In this document: in pieces, positions 37,106 to 41,543 of the stretch
How positions within the stretch are numbered: the first letter of the stretch is position 1
How the letters are laid out: each line of letters starts with the position of its first letter
Source: a virus
Lineage: Duplodnaviria; Caudoviricetes
IMG/VR virus record: IMGVR_UViG_3300042994_000012
Location: 1-41,543 of that record
DNA length: 41,543 bases
Reading direction: 5' to 3' (one strand)
The notes under the pieces: model-generated
What the model saw: only the letters and a program-made list of their open reading frames with translations
What the model was told of the DNA's origin: nothing
The model's database searches: none
Program-made: the position numbers and the translations under genes

Positions 37106-37474
37106 TCAGCAGCGGCCACCAAAAACGCGCAGATGCATGGGAAAACTTTCGCCCAGGTGGATCGGCTCGGCGCTTGAAGCGTTCGCTTTCAAAGGCTGCG
37201 CTTCCACGGTGCGCGGTTCCAAATGCGCCTGGATCAGGAGCAATTCCTCGCGGCTCTGTTCCTCGGCCCGATTGGCCAGCAAGCGCATCAGCAACAAGCG
37301 ATCACAGCGATATTCGGTCAAGGTGATGTCCAGCTGGGATTCGACCTGCTGACGGCGCTGACGCTCATCCCGAGCGGCCTGGCGTGACAACCAAGCATCG
37401 AGAGCCAGAGCGAGAAAAAGAATGACGAGGAGCGTGCCCCACGTCCATAACTGCACACTAAGTTGAGTGTTCAT
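37106..37474 (-). CDS. Hypothetical protein with one TM helix and a coiled coil
   Basis: Hydrophobic N-terminus, GGAG RBS. Confidence 0.55.
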   Translation of the reverse strand: MNTQLSVQLWTWGTLLVILFLALALDAWLSRQAARDERQRRQQVESQLDITLTEYRCDRLLLMRLLANRAEEQSREELLLIQAHLEPRTVEAQPLKANASSAEPIHLGESFPMHLRVFGGRC

Positions 37475-37487
37475 ACGAGATCTCCAT

Positions 37488-37706
37488 TCAAGGTATTGGG
37501 TCAGAGGCCAAAGTACTTTCGGGCTGGGTTTCAATCTCCAGATGTGACAGCGCACGGCGCAGCTTGGTCAGTGCCCGCTTCTCGATTTGTTGAACGCGTT
37601 GCAGGCTGATACCCATCCGCTCCGCCACCTGCTTTTGTGTCATCGCAGGTGGCGGCAAGGAAGAATAATGGGGTGAGCGTGATGAAGATTGGGCTATACT
37701 TTTCAT
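37488..37706 (-). CDS. Stand-alone sigma70 region 4-like HTH protein
   Basis: MTQKQVAERMGISLQRVQQIEKRALTKLR. Confidence 0.8.
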   Translation of the reverse strand: MKSIAQSSSRSPHYSSLPPPAMTQKQVAERMGISLQRVQQIEKRALTKLRRALSHLEIETQPESTLASDPIP

Positions 37707-37768
37707 AATTCCTGCCTGGGAATTGTCGTTGGCGGCTCGCGTGTTGGCTCACGTGAGCCGTTTTGTTT

Positions 37769-38029
37769 TTAGTGCGTGGTCTTACGTAGTTCGTTCATCG
37801 CGAAGTGCTCCGCTTCCTCGCGCAACACCTCAGTCAAAATCTCGACGTGCTCGCGCACGATTTCATTAAGCGGCCTGTCGAGCGTGTTCCGGTATTCCTC
37901 GGCGGCGCTTTGCCCGATGGCTTTGGCGGCGTGGTGCAGGTGAATCGAGGTCGTTATGTCCGCGTCCGGCTGGCGATTCGGTTGGCTGGGCACTAACAGT
38001 GCTGACAGCAACTGGTTGGGAATCAACAT
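37769..38029 (-). CDS. Hypothetical phage protein
   Basis: AAGGA RBS before ATG 38029. Confidence 0.5.
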   Translation of the reverse strand: MLIPNQLLSALLVPSQPNRQPDADITTSIHLHHAAKAIGQSAAEEYRNTLDRPLNEIVREHVEILTEVLREEAEHFAMNELRKTTH

Positions 38030-38153
38030 GGTTTTGTTCCTTCTGGATACGCGCGTAAATCTCATAAGCGCGGCTGATCGTGTGCGCCATGCCTTCCAGA
38101 AGTACTTCGTCCTGGGCGGCATAGGCAACAGCAGTGGGATCAAGATCAAGCAT
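37866..38153 (-). CDS. Hypothetical phage protein (3' part overlaps the next ORF)
   Basis: GAGGA RBS before ATG 38153. Confidence 0.4.
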   Translation of the reverse strand: MLDLDPTAVAYAAQDEVLLEGMAHTISRAYEIYARIQKEQNHVDSQPVAVSTVSAQPTESPAGRGHNDLDSPAPRRQSHRAKRRRGIPEHARQAA

Positions 38154-38460
38154 GGTGGGTTCCTCGGGGCGAACCATCGGCACGGCGTGGCGAAACAACC
38201 ATCACCACGTTGTGCTTATCGATCAGAGTAGTCAGCCCCTGCAGTGCATGGCGGTTGCTGGGAAGAGCTGGCAATTGAATGCACTTGGCGCGCGGATGCT
38301 CGGTTAACCAGGCATCGAGTTCGCCCAGTGTTCTAGCTGTCCAGGGAAACCCTAATCGAACCTCGGTGCCGCACTCAGTCGGTGTAAGATTCTCACGGCG
38401 ACGGCGCATGTATCCGGTTTGAATCCGTAAACCCTGGCTGGTCAATTGAACAATATTCAT
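38146..38460 (-). CDS. Hypothetical phage protein
   Basis: GGAGGTG RBS. Confidence 0.6.
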   Translation of the reverse strand: MNIVQLTSQGLRIQTGYMRRRRENLTPTECGTEVRLGFPWTARTLGELDAWLTEHPRAKCIQLPALPSNRHALQGLTTLIDKHNVVMVVSPRRADGSPRGTHHA

Positions 38461-38488
38461 AGATCACCTCCATTAAGAAAAATGCAGA

Positions 38489-38920
38489 TCAGCGGCGCAC
38501 ACCGCGTCGCAAGTCGCAACGCCGGGCGCCGTGGCGCTTCAGGAAGCCCAGGCCATCACCTGTGGCCGCTTTGGGCGGTGTAGCCGAGAAAGTCACGGTA
38601 GCCGTGTCGGACGTGCTGGCTGGAGTTGTGTCATCAGCCACCGGCAACATGCCCAGCTCGGCTAATGCGGCAGAGATGTGATAGCAGTGATGTTCGGCGT
38701 TGGCGATCTGGGCACTGTGCCCGAAGTTCAAACTCTGGCTAATCGCCTTGAACGAAGGGCAGGTGCAGCGACAGGTGCCGTTCAGGACATGCACGCCGAT
38801 ACTGTGAAATTCAAGGGGCTGGTTGCCCCACTGCACGGCCCATTGAGAGGTGCCGTCGCCCATTACGCCGCTGTAGATCAAAGGAACGTCGATCTGCTCG
38901 TTTCCAAGTGCTCTCATCAT
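38489..38920 (-). CDS. SWIM zinc-finger protein
   Basis: CTCPSF...CYH; ATGA coupling to the upstream HTH gene. Confidence 0.65.
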   Translation of the reverse strand: MMRALGNEQIDVPLIYSGVMGDGTSQWAVQWGNQPLEFHSIGVHVLNGTCRCTCPSFKAISQSLNFGHSAQIANAEHHCYHISAALAELGMLPVADDTTPASTSDTATVTFSATPPKAATGDGLGFLKRHGARRCDLRRGVRR

Positions 38921-39117
38921 GAGGCTTGTACCTCCAGTTCTAATTCGCCCGCTGCGATGAGCTGGGCCTTGAAGTCCATTACCTCGGAGCGCACAAATTT
39001 CTTTTTGGAGCCAACTTGCTCCTGGCGCAGCAATCCTGCGTTTCGCCAGTTGTACACCGTCGAGACCGAACGCTTTAGTTCTACTGCCACCTCTTCTGCG
39101 CTCATGTGCGTCCGCAT
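38917..39117 (-). CDS. Excisionase/Cro-like HTH protein
   Basis: MSAEEVAVELKRSVSTVYNWRNAGLL; AAGGAGG RBS. Confidence 0.8.
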   Translation of the reverse strand: MRTHMSAEEVAVELKRSVSTVYNWRNAGLLRQEQVGSKKKFVRSEVMDFKAQLIAAGELELEVQAS

Positions 39118-39129
39118 AGCGCCTCCTTA

Positions 39130-39190
39130 ATACCATGTTATGTCATGACATAACTGAAGTACTGGGAATTATACCATGACATAATATGGT
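39130..39190. promoter_or_regulatory. Operator region of the divergent switch
   Basis: Perfect 18-bp palindrome GTTATGTCATGACATAAC (39137-39154); half-site CATGACATAA at 39175; ATACCATG at 39130 and 39171. Confidence 0.7.
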
Positions 39191-39297
39191 TGCAACAAAA
39201 AATTCCAAAAACATACAATTTTTTTGAACGGACAAAACCGGGTTGCGTACAAGATGGCACGATGATACTTACGCGACCCACTTATCGAGGGCCACAA

Positions 39298-39741
39298 ATG
39301 GGCAGGCCGCACAAATTTGGCGAGCCAACTGTAAAAAAAGAGGTGCGACTGCCGGAAAGCCTTAGTGGCAAGCTCACGGAGTCCGCTATTCAGCAGCGCA
39401 TGGACATGTCGGATGTGTTCCGTGAGGCATTGGAGTGCTACATTAACGGTGTCGCGTTCAAATTGCCAGCCGGTGAGGATGAGGATTTAGCCGAAATCGC
39501 TGAATCAATGGGCTTCGACGATACCAACGCTTTCGCGCGGTTGCTCATCCGACGTGCCCTGGATCGCAGTCCGAACGTGATCCGCGAATTTCTCTACGGT
39601 GACATCGACCGGGAAGTCGAAGCGGTCATCGAAGCCGAAAACAACGAACTGGCTAAGGAAGGTATTGCTGAATTTAAAAAGCAAAACACCGAAGCCGATA
39701 AAAAAAGAGCCACTCGTAAATCGAAGCGCGAAGCAGCCTAA
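39298..39741 (+). CDS. Ribbon-helix-helix regulator, likely the repressor (alternative start 39262)
   Basis: MGRP...KEVRLPESLSGKL...MSDVFREALECYI and a second RHH-like segment. Confidence 0.7.
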   Translation: MGRPHKFGEPTVKKEVRLPESLSGKLTESAIQQRMDMSDVFREALECYINGVAFKLPAGEDEDLAEIAESMGFDDTNAFARLLIRRALDRSPNVIREFLYGDIDREVEAVIEAENNELAKEGIAEFKKQNTEADKKRATRKSKREAA

Positions 39742-39771
39742 AGCACTTTCTCTTGCCGGGGAAAGGCCAAC

Positions 39772-40512
39772 ATGTTTCAAAGATTCATCATTCTCGCAGT
39801 GCTATTCAGTGCCGCCTTCCACACCACTGTTGTTCAAGCGGCTAAATGTTCCGGCGGCGCCTTTTGTAACGCCTGCACCAACTGCTCAAGCTGCGGCCAC
39901 TGTGGCAAAGGCGGCGGCACCTGCAGCGTGTGCCGCCCCGACTTGTATCGGCAAAGTAGTTACACGCCGCCGCGCACCTATACACCACCGCGTAGTTACA
40001 CACCACCACGCGTTTACACACCACCAACCTACTCGGCACCGTCCGTCAGCCGCGAACCTGCACAGCCTACTCGCCCACGTCGTGTTACCGTCACGGTGCC
40101 CGGTCAGTTCTCCGGCAAGGTTATCGGTGTAAGCGACGGCGACACGATCAAAGTACTTTATCAGGGGCGTTACCCGGTCACGATCCGGCTGTATGGCATC
40201 GACACACCCGAGTCGCGCCAGGCGTTTGGAACGCAGGCCAAACTCTTCACCTCGCAAAGTACTTTTGGCAAGACTGTCACGGTCTATAACAAAGGTGGTG
40301 ACCGCTACGGGCGCACCTTAGGCTGGGTATTTGTCGGCAAATCGTGCGTCAACACGGAACTGGTGCGCAATGGTCTGGCGTGGTGGTATCGCCAGTATTC
40401 GCCCAATGAAGCGAAGCTGCGCGATCTGGAAGTGCAGGCGCGGGCACGACGTGTGGGATTGTGGCGCGATACCAATCCGGTGGCACCGTGGCAGTGGAGA
40501 CGAAGCCGTTAG
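39772..40512 (+). CDS. Secreted thermonuclease (SNase family) with Cys-rich domain and Pro-rich repeats
   Basis: Signal peptide; VSDGDT, IRLYGIDTPE, DRYGRTL, VNTELVRNGLAW, GLW. Confidence 0.92.
   Translation: MFQRFIILAVLFSAAFHTTVVQAAKCSGGAFCNACTNCSSCGHCGKGGGTCSVCRPDLYRQSSYTPPRTYTPPRSYTPPRVYTPPTYSAPSVSREPAQPTRPRRVTVTVPGQFSGKVIGVSDGDTIKVLYQGRYPVTIRLYGIDTPESRQAFGTQAKLFTSQSTFGKTVTVYNKGGDRYGRTLGWVFVGKSCVNTELVRNGLAWWYRQYSPNEAKLRDLEVQARARRVGLWRDTNPVAPWQWRRSR
39958..40029 (+). repeat. 18-bp coding tandem repeat, four copies
   Basis: SYTPPR TYTPPR SYTPPR VYTPPT. Confidence 0.75.
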
Positions 40513-40544
40513 CCATCTGGCAGCATTGAGGGCCTGAGTCGTTT

Positions 40545-40940
40545 ATGCATATCTTGTTTTCCGATGACAATCTGGACACCCGCAGCTTTTACCAGATGGC
40601 CTTCGAAATCGCCGGGCATCAGATGGTGCTGGCTCACAATGGGCAGGAGGCGGTGAATCTCGCGGCAGTCGGGTCGTTTGATGCCATTGTGCTGGACATG
40701 GCAACTCCCGTCATGGATGGCGAGCAGGCGCTCCAGCAGATCCGGCAACTGCCAGGCTACGAGCGTGTCCCCATCGTCATCTTCACAGCCTTCCCTGTTC
40801 CGCATAGGAAAGAGGCTCTCACACATGCCGGTGCGGACATGGTATTGCATAAGCCAATGTTTCCCCACGAACTGTTAGGGCATTTAGATTATCTGGTAGC
40901 TCGCCGGGCCGCAGAAGCAGAGATCGAGGAAATCTCTTAA
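40545..40940 (+). CDS. Single-domain response regulator (CheY-like receiver)
   Basis: SDD, VLDMATPVMDG, FTA, HKP. Confidence 0.92.
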   Translation: MHILFSDDNLDTRSFYQMAFEIAGHQMVLAHNGQEAVNLAAVGSFDAIVLDMATPVMDGEQALQQIRQLPGYERVPIVIFTAFPVPHRKEALTHAGADMVLHKPMFPHELLGHLDYLVARRAAEAEIEEIS

Positions 40941-40988
40941 TGGCCCTTCAAACGAAGTCTCTTCATCGACTTTCAGAGAAAAATTGTT

Positions 40989-41543
40989 ATGCCTGTCGGA
41001 AGTTGTGCCCATCTCTATGAACCTGATCCACCGACCCAGCTTTATCTGGTGGATGACCAATATAACGCCGACTGGCATTCGCGCAGCCGGGAAGTCACTG
41101 TTTTTCGTGAAATCATATTAGACGAATTTGCAACACAAGCTGAATATATTTGTCAGTGTGAGCGCTGCAGGGAATTGCGAGAGGAACAAGGCACTGAGCC
41201 ACCTGCAGTTGATGTTGTGGAGCTGGCAATAGATGCCGAGCTTAAAGAGAAGCCATACATACGCGCGCTGGGGCCGATTGAAACCGGACTGCCATCGCCA
41301 GCTCAGGCTCCGGATGCTGTGCAGGAACGCCGCGAGCCTTTCAAATTTCTTTCGGGCGGCGAAACTTATAAAGAGGAACGGGCCAAGCAGCGCCGCCAGG
41401 CGGCGCAGTGGGAAGCGGCAGCGTGTTATGTAGAACGTGCCCGGCAAAGTACTTCAGATGTCGAACCTGACGAAGTGACACTGCATTGCGTAGACCGAAT
41501 ACTGCGGGCGGCTGGCTCGTTGCGCACGAAACCAAAATCATGA
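40989..41543 (+). CDS. Hypothetical protein
   Basis: 184-aa ORF ending at the window edge; CQCERC. Confidence 0.5.
   Translation: MPVGSCAHLYEPDPPTQLYLVDDQYNADWHSRSREVTVFREIILDEFATQAEYICQCERCRELREEQGTEPPAVDVVELAIDAELKEKPYIRALGPIETGLPSPAQAPDAVQERREPFKFLSGGETYKEERAKQRRQAAQWEAAACYVERARQSTSDVEPDEVTLHCVDRILRAAGSLRTKPKS

Noticed and set aside
1-41543. tRNA/rRNA genes and attL/attR direct repeats
   Set aside because: None recognised by eye; the prophage ends may lie outside the window

Overview
The window is almost entirely one temperate siphovirus-like prophage region, bounded on the left by a restriction-modification cassette. The cassette (1-3653, minus) is a fused PD-(D/E)xK endonuclease/N6-adenine methyltransferase gene followed by a two-TRD specificity ORF, apparently joined by a -1 ribosomal frameshift. 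Next come a small divergent module with a GIY-YIG endonuclease (3.7-5.7 kb) and an HK97-type head and long-tail module interrupted by morons (5.8-31.2 kb). After that are a tyrosine recombinase, a leftward replication/recombination operon (32.8-39.1 kb), an Xis-like HTH/RHH switch, a secreted thermonuclease and a stand-alone receiver protein. The main non-gene signals are: (1) four copies of a fixed-spacing late-promoter-like element, ACTTTCC-N40-TAAACC-N6-7-start, each with a different hairpin over the start codon; (2) at least 17 exact copies of the palindrome AAAGTACTTT, in all three reading frames; (3) the RM-S frameshift signal; (4) inverted 9-bp iteron arrays bracketing a chimeric helicase gene; (5) a recombination-site-like inverted repeat inside the recombinase gene. 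All calls come from reading motifs by eye; no database searches were run.
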